Below are positions 9,024-17,564 of a stretch of DNA of 64,000 nucleotides, one piece after another. Position 1 is the first letter of the stretch; each line of letters starts with the position of its first letter. The notes below the pieces were generated by a model. It did no database searches, was not told where the DNA came from, and worked only from the letters and a program-made list of their open reading frames with translations. The translations under genes were made by a program, and so were the position numbers. The stretch is taken from NCBI GenBank assembly GCA_948664205.1, contig CAPNDH010000003.1, positions 1,330-65,329 on the forward strand. Reading direction: 5' to 3'. The DNA is from an uncultured Clostridia bacterium (GTDB taxonomy: Bacteria; Bacillota; Clostridia; TANB77; CAG-508).

Positions 9024-10499
9024 CTAAATGTTACCTTCTATTATATCATTTACTATTATTCTTTCATCAAATGGGTGTTTAACTCCATTTATTTCTTGGT
9101 ATGGCTCATGTCCTTTTCCTGCTAGAAGGATAATATCTTTTTTGTCTGCCATTTTTATTGCTTTTCTTATTGCTTCTACTCTGTCTACTATTACAGTATA
9201 TTTGCCTTTTGTTTTCTTTATTCCTTCCTCTACTTGGTCTACTATTTTTTGTGGGTCTTCTGTACGTGGATTATCTGATGTTATTATTGTATAATCTGCT
9301 ATTCTTCCTGATATTTCTCCCATTATTGCTCTTTTACTTGTGTCTCTATCTCCTCCACAGCCAAATACTGAAATTACTCTTCCACGTGTATAACTTTTTA
9401 CTGCATTTAATATACTTTCTAAGCTTTCTGGTGAATGTGCATAATCTATCATTATTGTTAATTCTTTGCTGTTATTTACTAATTCACTTCTTCCTGGTAC
9501 TCTTACTTCTTCTAATGCTTCTTTTATTTGGTCTACTGTTGCACCTAATTTTTCTGCTACACATATTGCTGCTAGTGAGTTATATACACTAAATCTTCCT
9601 GGTATTCCTGTTTTTATTCTTTCATTTCTCATTCCTAGTTTTACTTTAAAGTCTACATATGAATTTGTTATTGTTATATCTTTTGCAAGCATATTACAGT
9701 AGTTGTCTATTCCATATGTTGTTATATTGCAGTTTGGAACTAATTTTGGTAGTTTTGCTACATGGTAATCATCTGCATTTATAAATGCTGTTTTACACAT
9801 TTTAAATAACTCTACTTTTGAATTAAAGTAATCTTCCATGTCTGGATGTTCCTTTTCACTTATATGATCTTTTGAGAAGTTAGTAAATACCCCTATGTCA
9901 AACTCTGAACCTGCAACTCTATGTAATTTTAAACTTTGAGAAGATACTTCCATAACTACTGCTTCACAACCTGCTTCTGCCATTTTAGCAAAAATTGATT
10001 GTAATTTATTGCTTTCAGGCGTTGTTCTATCACTATCTTCTAGTTTTTCTTCTCCTATATATGTTGCTATTGTTCCTATTAAACCTACTTTTTTACCTGC
10101 TTTTTCTAATATTTTCTTTATCATAAATGTTGTTGTTGTTTTTCCTTTTGTTCCTGTAACACCTATTAATTTAAACTTTCTTGATGGATTATTATAGAAA
10201 TTACATGAACAGATTGCTAATGCATATCTTGTATCTTTTGCAACTATTACTGTTACTTCTTTTGGTATTTTCTTTATTAATTCTGTGCTTACTCCTTCTT
10301 GTAGCATTACAGCTGTAGCACCTTGACTTATTGCTGTTTCTACATATTCATTTCCATCTGCTGTAAAGCCTTTTACTGCTATAAATAAATCTCCTTTTCC
10401 TATATTTCTAGAGTCTTTATCTAAACCCGCTATTTCTATTTCTAAATTTCCTCTTACTTTTAGGCCTTCTAAGCCTACTAATATTTCATTTAACTTCAT
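9024..10499 (-). CDS. murE: UDP-N-acetylmuramoyl-L-alanyl-D-glutamate--2,6-diaminopimelate ligase
   Basis: P-loop GVTGTKGKTTT, Mur ligase middle and C-terminal domains, and the DNPR motif (ITSDNPRTEDP) typical of meso-DAP-adding MurE. I place the start at ATG 10499 (RBS ggagg). Confidence 0.92.
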   Translation of the reverse strand: MKLNEILVGLEGLKVRGNLEIEIAGLDKDSRNIGKGDLFIAVKGFTADGNEYVETAISQGATAVMLQEGVSTELIKKIPKEVTVIVAKDTRYALAICSCNFYNNPSRKFKLIGVTGTKGKTTTTFMIKKILEKAGKKVGLIGTIATYIGEEKLEDSDRTTPESNKLQSIFAKMAEAGCEAVVMEVSSQSLKLHRVAGSEFDIGVFTNFSKDHISEKEHPDMEDYFNSKVELFKMCKTAFINADDYHVAKLPKLVPNCNITTYGIDNYCNMLAKDITITNSYVDFKVKLGMRNERIKTGIPGRFSVYNSLAAICVAEKLGATVDQIKEALEEVRVPGRSELVNNSKELTIMIDYAHSPESLESILNAVKSYTRGRVISVFGCGGDRDTSKRAIMGEISGRIADYTIITSDNPRTEDPQKIVDQVEEGIKKTKGKYTVIVDRVEAIRKAIKMADKKDIILLAGKGHEPYQEINGVKHPFDERIIVNDIIEGNI

Positions 10500-10569
10500 A
10501 AAATTCCTCCATAATATATTTTGTATGTACATTATATCTCTAATAATTGTATTTGTAAATTATATTACC

Positions 10570-10705
10570 AAAAAAAGCATAACTAAAATTTTCTAAGCTC
10601 ATCCTTCGCTAAGAAAATCTAAGTTCTGCATAATTTATTTCTACGTCAAGTGCCTTATAATATATCTAATGTTTATGTAAAAATGCACTTTCCTAGAACT
10701 AAAAA
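10570..10705 (+). repeat. repeat family A copy (diverged)
   Basis: aaaaaagcataactaaaattttctaagctcatccttcgctaagaaaatctaag ... gcactttcctagaactaaaaaaa. Confidence 0.7.
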
Positions 10706-10745
10706 AATAATCATTACATATATGCAATGATTATTTTTTATTTTA
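10706..10745 (-). terminator. rho-independent terminator of the adhesin gene
   Basis: Stem aataatcatt / aatgattatt, flanked by A and T runs, just downstream of the stop at 10758. Confidence 0.6.
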
Positions 10746-10757
10746 GTTCTTTATAAA

Positions 10758-13700
10758 TTACCTTGCTAATACTTTGTAGTATTCATCTAAATCTGTAGTT
10801 CTAATTATTCCGTCTCCTGATTCTTCCCTTAAGTCTAATGCGCGTAATGCTAATGGGTCTTGTATAACTTCTGCCTTTGCTAAATGTTTTATTAACATAT
10901 CTAAATCTAGTGTTCTTACTCTTCCATCTCCGTCAGCGTCACCTTTTGCTACTATTGAAAATACCTTTTCTTGATTTCCTTTTGTTGCTTTTAATATCAT
11001 TCCTGTTTTTATTCTGTTATCATTTGGTACTGGGTTTCCTTCTTTATCCCATACAGTAAGTACACCATTTGACTCTAAATTGTTTATAAATGTTTGTACT
11101 GATACTGTATTCCCTCTTACTGCTTCTTTTGTATCTACAAATGGTTTGTTTATTTCATAATGTTTTCCTTTGTAAGAGCTAAATAAATTATATATATCTA
11201 TTCCTTCTGAATCTTTTTTAGAAATTACATATAAGTCTTCATCTTCTTTTTCATTTGTAATATCTATTTTTATATTACCATTTTGATTTTTAAGTACTGT
11301 TGCTATATCATTTCCCATTATTAGCTCTGGATTTGCAACTACTATTTTTCCTTCAACTTCTTCAAAGCTTACTTTCACAATAATTACTTCTGAAGTTGCA
11401 TTATAACCTTCTGGTGCTACTTTTTCTTTTATTACAAATGTATGACTTTCTCCTACATTTCCCGGCACAATTCCATTTATTAAAAGCTTACCACTTGTTG
11501 TTCCATATTCTTTAGTAGTACCATTTGGATTTACTATTGTAAATATTGCTGAACCTTGTGTTATTAATTCATTTGTAACTGAATCTAATTTATTTATTTC
11601 TATAGAGTAATTTTGTTTTTGAGCTTCTTCTTTTATTTTATCATTTGTTATTATAAGGTTTACTGTATTCTTTTCTACGCTTTCTGCCTTGCTTATATCT
11701 TCTCCTGTAACTGTATAATTTGCAATTTGTATTTTTTCATTTTCATCTTTAGCAAAATTAATAGCTATTTGTGCAAGGTTTGAATTTAGTTCATATCCTT
11801 CTGGTGATTTTATTTGCTCTATTTCATAGTTAATAGTTCCTTCTAATTTTGGAATTTCTAACTCTATAATTCCACCTTTTATTTGAACTTCCTTATATTC
11901 ATAATTACCTGTATTCTTATTCGTTAATTTTAATACTGTTGTTCCTTGTTCAATTACATTTCCTTCTCTATCCACGCCTGATATTTTTATAAAATATTTT
12001 TCTGGTACTACTACTTGTGGCTCTTGTTCATTTATTACTTTTACATTTACTGTGTTTGCTGTGTTACTTATTTTTTCTATTCTTGCTCCATTTACAACTG
12101 CTGTATTAATAGCTCCATCACTATTAAATGTTATCGTTATTGTTTTTGTAGTTTCATCTAGTATATATCCATTTGGAGCTTTTATTTCTTTTAGTGTGTA
12201 TACGTATTCTTGCCCTAGCATAATCTCTTTATTTGTTTTTGAAAATTCATATGTTATTTTACCTTGTTCATTTGCTTTTAAATAATATGTTTTTCCATCT
12301 GCTATCAACTCAAACATAGTATCAGTTGATTCTATATTTTGATTTTGTGTATTTACTTTATCAATATTTATTGAATAATTATATTTTATTGTTTCTTTTT
12401 GAGTTGGTACATTTAGTGTTGCTACTTTTATATTGTCTTGCTCTGTTACTTCTATACCATTATCTCCGCTTACTAGTACTATTTTTCCGTCAATTTCTTC
12501 AAATGTTAATTTTAGTATTATATCATTTCCTTTTACATATCCAGCTGGTGTTGTGTTTTCAGTTAATATATATACATATGTTCCTGCTTTTTCTGGTGCT
12601 GGTAAATTTTCATTATTTCCTGTTGTAGAATATTCTACTTGTGTTCCATTTGGTAATGTTACTGTATACTTAGTTTCGCCAGTTATAATTTGCCCTTCTT
12701 CATCTACTTTATTTAATACTAATTTAAAGTCTTCTGGTACTGGTTCTATTTCTTCTGCTGGTTTTTCTTCATTTATTATTCTTATATTCACTTCATTTGA
12801 AGTATTGTTTACTTTTTCTATTTTCGTTCCATTTACAACTGCTGTATTAATAGTTCCATCATTATTGAATGTTATTGTTATTGTTTTTTCTGCTTCGTCT
12901 AATACATATCCATTTGGTGCTTTTATCTCTTTTAGTGTGTATACATATTCTTGTCCTTCTACAATTTCTTTATTTGTTATAGAAAACTCATATGTTGCTT
13001 TTCCTAATGGATTTGTTTTTATATATTGTGTTTCACTAGCTGTTGTTAATTCAAATATAGCAATGTCTTCTGTTATACTTGTTTTAAAGTTATCATCTTT
13101 TACTTTATTAATATTTATTGAATAATTATATTTTATTGTTTCTTTTTGAGTTGGTATATTTAATGTTGCTACTTTTATACTATCTTGCTCTGTTACTTCT
13201 ATACCATTATCTCCATTTGTTAGTACTATTTTTCCGTCAATTTCTTCAAATGTTAATTTTAGTACTATGTCATCTCCTTTTACATATCCTGTTGGTGTAG
13301 TACTTTCAGTTAATACATATACATATGTTCCTGCTTTTTCTGGTGCTGGTAAATTTTCATTATTTCCTGTTGTAGAATATTCTACTTGTGTTCCATTTGG
13401 CAATGTTACTGTATATTTAGTTTCAGCAGTTATAGTTTGCCCTTCTTCATCTACTTTATTTATTGCTATTTTAAAGTCTTCTGGTACTGGTGGCATTTTT
13501 TCATTTTTAATATTTACTGTTGCTGTTCTTGGGTCTCCATTTGCAATTGTTATAGCTTCACCATTATAAGAAACTACTTTTCCACTTGATAATATTATTT
13601 TATTATCTTGTTTTTCATATGTAAGTTCTAATATTATATTACTTTCCTCTACTACATATCCATTTGGTGCTTTTGTTTCTTTTATTAAATATGTATATGT

Positions 13701-14756
13701 TCCAGTTTCTTCTGGCGCTAAAACAGCTATATTTTCTGTTTTTCCATTAGCATTGGTTGAGTAGTTTTGCTTTGTACCATCTGGCATTGTTATTGTAAAT
13801 TCTGCTGAACTACTTGTAATACTGTTATTTTCTTCATCTACTTTATTTATTACTAAATTAAATACTTCTTTTTCTGCTTCTGGTTCTTTTGCTTTATTTA
13901 GTATTTTTTCTTCTATTGTATTACTCTCACTTGTAACACTTGCTATTCCATTTGAATTTGAAAGTGCTGTAAGAACATTTCCTTCGTCATCAAATGTTAC
14001 TGTTACTTGTATAGGTTCTTCTACTTTTACATATTCATTTGGAGCTAATATTTCTTCAATAGTATACATATATGGAGCTTCTGTAGTAAGCATTTGTAAT
14101 TCTTGTATATTTATAACTCCATTTTCGTCTGTTTCTTGGTATACTACTTCTCCATCTAATTTTGTAATTTTAAATAATGCACTATTATTAGTTATTGCAT
14201 TTCCACTTTCATCTGTTTTTGTTATTTTTAGGTTATGTGGTATAACATTTTTTTCAACTGGTAATGTTATTTCTGGTATATTTACATTTTCGTCTTCCCA
14301 ATATGCATTTTTATCATTACATGTTACATCTGATTCAATTATTTTGATTGTTGTTTGTGTTTGTGAATTTGTTAATGCCTTAAATTTTAGTGTACATATT
14401 GTATCATTAACTCCCAAAGTTCCATCACCTGATGTCTTTGATAGTATAATTGTTTTAGTATCCATTGCTGATGTATTAGTATAGCCTTCTACGCCTATTA
14501 TTTCTAGTAATTGAAGTTTACTCTCATCATACCATACATTTCCTCTATATACTTTAACTTTACCAAGATTTACTAATTCTGAAATTTTTAGTTCTACTGT
14601 AATTTCATCATTTTCATTATATTTAGATGCATTAGAAGTTAGTTCTAAAACCAATTTATCTTCATTTCCTACTGCATTAACTATAATACTCATATAATTC
14701 ATTAGCATTAATATAATTAAAATTATTGCATATACTTTCTTTGTTATTTTTTTCAT
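10758..14756 (-). CDS. large secreted adhesin: signal peptide, N-terminal cohesin-like domain, about 10 Cna-B/SpaA-type Ig-like repeats, C-terminal dockerin
   Basis: Signal peptide MKKITKKVYAIILIILMLMNYMSIIVNA. The N-terminal domain is paralogous to ORF 14863..15630; both end ..(W/F)(E/D)DENVN(I/A)P. Repeated ..Y(V/T)(L/I)KE(I/T)KAPNGY(V/I).. modules are present. The C-terminus has two EF-hand-like segments, DADGDGRVRTLDLDMLIKHLA and EESGDGIIRTTDLDEYYKVLA. There is no sorting signal. Confidence 0.8.
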   Translation of the reverse strand: MKKITKKVYAIILIILMLMNYMSIIVNAVGNEDKLVLELTSNASKYNENDEITVELKISELVNLGKVKVYRGNVWYDESKLQLLEIIGVEGYTNTSAMDTKTIILSKTSGDGTLGVNDTICTLKFKALTNSQTQTTIKIIESDVTCNDKNAYWEDENVNIPEITLPVEKNVIPHNLKITKTDESGNAITNNSALFKITKLDGEVVYQETDENGVINIQELQMLTTEAPYMYTIEEILAPNEYVKVEEPIQVTVTFDDEGNVLTALSNSNGIASVTSESNTIEEKILNKAKEPEAEKEVFNLVINKVDEENNSITSSSAEFTITMPDGTKQNYSTNANGKTENIAVLAPEETGTYTYLIKETKAPNGYVVEESNIILELTYEKQDNKIILSSGKVVSYNGEAITIANGDPRTATVNIKNEKMPPVPEDFKIAINKVDEEGQTITAETKYTVTLPNGTQVEYSTTGNNENLPAPEKAGTYVYVLTESTTPTGYVKGDDIVLKLTFEEIDGKIVLTNGDNGIEVTEQDSIKVATLNIPTQKETIKYNYSININKVKDDNFKTSITEDIAIFELTTASETQYIKTNPLGKATYEFSITNKEIVEGQEYVYTLKEIKAPNGYVLDEAEKTITITFNNDGTINTAVVNGTKIEKVNNTSNEVNIRIINEEKPAEEIEPVPEDFKLVLNKVDEEGQIITGETKYTVTLPNGTQVEYSTTGNNENLPAPEKAGTYVYILTENTTPAGYVKGNDIILKLTFEEIDGKIVLVSGDNGIEVTEQDNIKVATLNVPTQKETIKYNYSINIDKVNTQNQNIESTDTMFELIADGKTYYLKANEQGKITYEFSKTNKEIMLGQEYVYTLKEIKAPNGYILDETTKTITITFNSDGAINTAVVNGARIEKISNTANTVNVKVINEQEPQVVVPEKYFIKISGVDREGNVIEQGTTVLKLTNKNTGNYEYKEVQIKGGIIELEIPKLEGTINYEIEQIKSPEGYELNSNLAQIAINFAKDENEKIQIANYTVTGEDISKAESVEKNTVNLIITNDKIKEEAQKQNYSIEINKLDSVTNELITQGSAIFTIVNPNGTTKEYGTTSGKLLINGIVPGNVGESHTFVIKEKVAPEGYNATSEVIIVKVSFEEVEGKIVVANPELIMGNDIATVLKNQNGNIKIDITNEKEDEDLYVISKKDSEGIDIYNLFSSYKGKHYEINKPFVDTKEAVRGNTVSVQTFINNLESNGVLTVWDKEGNPVPNDNRIKTGMILKATKGNQEKVFSIVAKGDADGDGRVRTLDLDMLIKHLAKAEVIQDPLALRALDLREESGDGIIRTTDLDEYYKVLAR
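11997..13490. repeat. tandem 747-bp (249-aa) near-identical duplication inside the adhesin gene
   Basis: ttaaagtcttctggtactgg occurs at 12724 and 13471, giving a 747-nt period. The protein units start PVPEDFKIAINKVDEEGQTITAETKYTVTLPNGTQVEYSTTGNNENLPAPEKAGTYVY and PVPEDFKLVLNKVDEEGQIITGETKYTVTLPNGTQVEYSTTGNNENLPAPEKAGTYVY. Confidence 0.9.
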
Positions 14757-14862
14757 ATACCTTCTCCCCTTTATATATTGACGATTCTTGTGTCAAAGTC
14801 ATTGTTTAATGACACTCACACAAGAGCCGTCAATTATATACGTCTCTCGTGTCTTTTTTATA

Positions 14863-15630
14863 TTATTTTAGTTTGTTTTCATATATTTTATATCTTGCAA
14901 ATAATATTCCTACCACAATAATTGCACTTACAATTAATATAACTACCATATAAGGTTCTCCTGTTTGTGGTATTTTTCCTGAAGTTGCAGTCGTTTTGTC
15001 ATTTTTTACTCCTGTATTTGAATCAGTTGGTTTTTTATTGTCATTTGATGGATCTGTTGGTTTTGTTGGGTCTGTTGGATCTGTTGGATCTGTTGGATCT
15101 GTTGGGTCTGTTGGATCTGTTGGGTCTGTTGGGTCTGTTGGATTTACTGGATCTTTAGCAGTTACTTTAAATTCTACATATGGTGCATTTACATTTTCAT
15201 CATCAAAATAGACATTTCCATCACTTCCAGTAGCATCAATTTCTGATAATTGAATTCTTGTATTTTCAACTTCTTTTAATACCTTAAATTTTAGTTTTAC
15301 AATATCTCCAGATTCAGCATATTGATTTCTTACTAATACAATATTTGTAGCATCTTCTTTTACTTCCCATCCATTTAATCCTTCTGCTCCTAAGTATTCA
15401 AATATGGTTTTATCATATGACTTTAAAGTAGTTACTTTACCTACATTACTAAAGCCATTAATACTTCCTATTGAAAATGTAACGCTAACCTCATCTCCTA
15501 CTTTAACATTTACATTTTGAGTTGTTAAATTAAAAGTAGCACTGTAAGCTGCATTTACAATATTAATATTTGATAATAAAATAACCAATGCTAGCAAAAT
15601 TGCTAAACTCACCTTTTTTGTCTTTCTCAT
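14863..15630 (-). CDS. cell-wall-anchored cohesin-like domain protein (signal peptide, cohesin-like domain, (PTD)n linker, IPQTG sorting signal)
   Basis: Signal peptide ...NIVNA. A ~130-aa beta-sandwich-type domain is paralogous to the adhesin N-terminus. The linker is PTDPTDPTDPTDPTDPTDPTDPTDPT. The C-terminus has IPQTGE, a hydrophobic helix and RYK, which is an LPXTG-type sortase signal. Confidence 0.75.
   Translation of the reverse strand: MRKTKKVSLAILLALVILLSNINIVNAAYSATFNLTTQNVNVKVGDEVSVTFSIGSINGFSNVGKVTTLKSYDKTIFEYLGAEGLNGWEVKEDATNIVLVRNQYAESGDIVKLKFKVLKEVENTRIQLSEIDATGSDGNVYFDDENVNAPYVEFKVTAKDPVNPTDPTDPTDPTDPTDPTDPTDPTDPTKPTDPSNDNKKPTDSNTGVKNDKTTATSGKIPQTGEPYMVVILIVSAIIVVGILFARYKIYENKLK
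15050..15145. repeat. 9-bp tandem repeat (ggRtctgtt x ~10) encoding the PTD linker
   Basis: Directly visible run gatctgttgg/gtctgttggg within ORF 14863..15630. Confidence 0.9.
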
Positions 15631-15979
15631 ATTTTTCTCCTTTCTTTATATAATAAAATTAATTTCTTTTTTATCTTTGTCTATATCATTCTTATAAAGA
15701 AGTATAAACAAAATATCTTAATATTACTATAAAAAAGTTTTTCTAAAAAATCAATGGCGTTTTTTACCTATATTTTAAATTTTACATTTTATAAAAAACC
15801 ACAAAATATACGGAAACTAGCCTTCTTTTTATATTTTTGCCTTTTATTTTTGTTTTATTATATTTTTATTACATTTTTTTAGCTTTTAATAAGCTTTACT
15901 AGGGAATACCGGACTTTGTTTGTTTTTAATATCAGCTACTAGACAAAATAACTAAGTTATAGTAGAATATCAAAAGTGA

Positions 15980-16040
15980 AAAATAAAATTTTCTTAATAA
16001 ACTCACCTTTATAGTGGATGACTTTCTTAAGAATAAAAAA
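15980..16040 (+). repeat. repeat family A, short form
   Basis: aaaataaaattttcttaataaactcacctttatagtggatgactttcttaagaataaaaaa. It shares both termini with the longer copies. Confidence 0.7.
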
Positions 16041-16056
16041 TTAAAGGAGAATTAAT

Positions 16057-16548
16057 ATGTTTTTAAAGTATTTAATAGTTTTTTTAGTATCAATGGTACC
16101 ACTTATTGAACTTAGAGGATCTGTTCCAATTGGTTTAAGTCCACTTTTAGGTGAAGCTTTACCAATAGTTCCTCTTTATATAATTTCTATTGTTGGAAAT
16201 ATGCTACCTGTACCAATTATATTTTTCTTTGCAAGAAAAGTATTAGTATGGGGAGCTGATAAGAAATATATAGGTAAATTTTTCAAATTCTGTTTAGAAA
16301 AAGGTGAAAAAGGTGGAAAAAAATTAGAAGAAAAAGCTGGACGTGGTTTATATGTAGCACTATTCCTTTTTGTAGGTATTCCATTACCTGGAACAGGAGC
16401 GTGGACTGGCACACTAGCTGCAAGTCTTCTTGATATGGATTTTAAAAAGAGTGTAATTGCAATTATGGCAGGAGTAATACTTGCTGGTATTATAATGGGG
16501 TTAGCTTCTGCTGGAGTATTTGGTGCTATTGGTGCAATATTTGCATAA
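16057..16548 (+). CDS. small multidrug-export-like membrane protein (COG2426 / Sm_multidrug_ex family)
   Basis: N-terminal VSMVPLIELRGSVPIGL signature, four TM segments, 163 aa. RBS aaaggaga is present. Confidence 0.7.
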   Translation: MFLKYLIVFLVSMVPLIELRGSVPIGLSPLLGEALPIVPLYIISIVGNMLPVPIIFFFARKVLVWGADKKYIGKFFKFCLEKGEKGGKKLEEKAGRGLYVALFLFVGIPLPGTGAWTGTLAASLLDMDFKKSVIAIMAGVILAGIIMGLASAGVFGAIGAIFA

Positions 16549-16560
16549 AAAAGATAACTA

Positions 16561-16590
16561 AAAAAGCTGAGAATTCTCTCAGCTTTTTCT
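16561..16590. terminator. bidirectional terminator
   Basis: aaaaagctgaga-attc-tctcagcttttt, between convergent genes. Confidence 0.75.
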
Positions 16591-16593
16591 TTA

Positions 16594-17361
16594 TTATTCT
16601 TTATCATTATAATATATTCCATCTTTTGGTATATAAATGTAATATTCATATCCCTTAACAAATTCGGATTCTGTTTTAAAGTAAACCTTCTTCAATTTTT
16701 GTACTACTTCAAAAACATCAATATGTGGGTTCTCTTCATAAATATCATCTTCAAATTTTTCAACATAATTATTATGTCCATCTATAACTTTAGTTGTTGT
16801 TCCGCCAGTATCTGTTACAATATCATAATAATATGCTAATGATGGCTCAGAACAAATATAATATCTTCCACCTGATATATTTGTATAAGGCACTTCTTTC
16901 ATTTCTACTATGCTTATTGTATTTACTTTTCTAGTATATGTTCCATTATACTCAGATGCATTAATCTGAAACAAAAAGAAACAAAGCATATATAACATAT
17001 AAAGCAACATTCCTATGCTTGCCATAACCACATTAAATTTTCTAAACTTTTCTGTGCTTATAGCTAATGCAAGAAATATCATAGTTATAATAAACAATAT
17101 CCCTAAAATCATAATAGGTACATCCTTATTTATTATTCCACAAATAATAAGAGCAATATTACATATGGTAAATATTATTACCGCAATTATACAGACTGTC
17201 TCCATTATATCAGTTATTTTATTTATTGTGTCTCTGTATTTTTTGGATCCTATGACGTTTCTTTTACATCTTTCATTCTCATTATCAAAAATTGACGTTA
17301 TAACCAAAATAATTACTAAAGCTATTATTGATCTTATAAAGATTTTTAATATCATACCCAT
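16594..17361 (-). CDS. hypothetical membrane protein (255 aa; 4 N-terminal TM segments plus a C-terminal soluble domain)
   Basis: RBS aaggagga and a hydrophobic N-terminal half. I recognise no motif. Confidence 0.6.
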   Translation of the reverse strand: MGMILKIFIRSIIALVIILVITSIFDNENERCKRNVIGSKKYRDTINKITDIMETVCIIAVIIFTICNIALIICGIINKDVPIMILGILFIITMIFLALAISTEKFRKFNVVMASIGMLLYMLYMLCFFLFQINASEYNGTYTRKVNTISIVEMKEVPYTNISGGRYYICSEPSLAYYYDIVTDTGGTTTKVIDGHNNYVEKFEDDIYEENPHIDVFEVVQKLKKVYFKTESEFVKGYEYYIYIPKDGIYYNDKE

Positions 17362-17507
17362 ATAATTTCCTCCTTAATAAATTATTATTTACGAGTTACT
17401 ACATACTTTCCTTTTTAAAATTATTTGTATTTTATAATATTTTACATAAGATGTCAATGTTTTTTTATAAATTCACACCTTTGAAATCCTTTTACATTAT
17501 AAAAACA

Positions 17508-17563
17508 TAAATGACGCAAAAGGGACAGATGACGCATAGGGAAACGTCCCAACGCGTCATCTG
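17508..17563. repeat. repeat family E (gggacagatgacgc ... aacgtccc ... gcgtcatctgt)
   Basis: An 11-bp inverted repeat acagatgacgc / gcgtcatctgt encloses a ggga-aacg-tccc mini-hairpin. Related copies are at 31045-31215, 6625-6688 and 47495-47550. Confidence 0.75.
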
Positions 17564-17564
17564 T

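Noticed and set aside
12433-13125. Long plus-strand ORFs lying antisense to large minus-strand genes. Examples: 12433..13125, 8176..8643, 31272..32207, 38061..38603, 44280..44864, 45709..46230, 56801..57385, 59261..59809.
   Set aside because: They are low-complexity (Leu/Phe/Ser/Ile-rich) shadows of strongly supported genes on the opposite strand. They lack RBSs and show no recognisable motifs.
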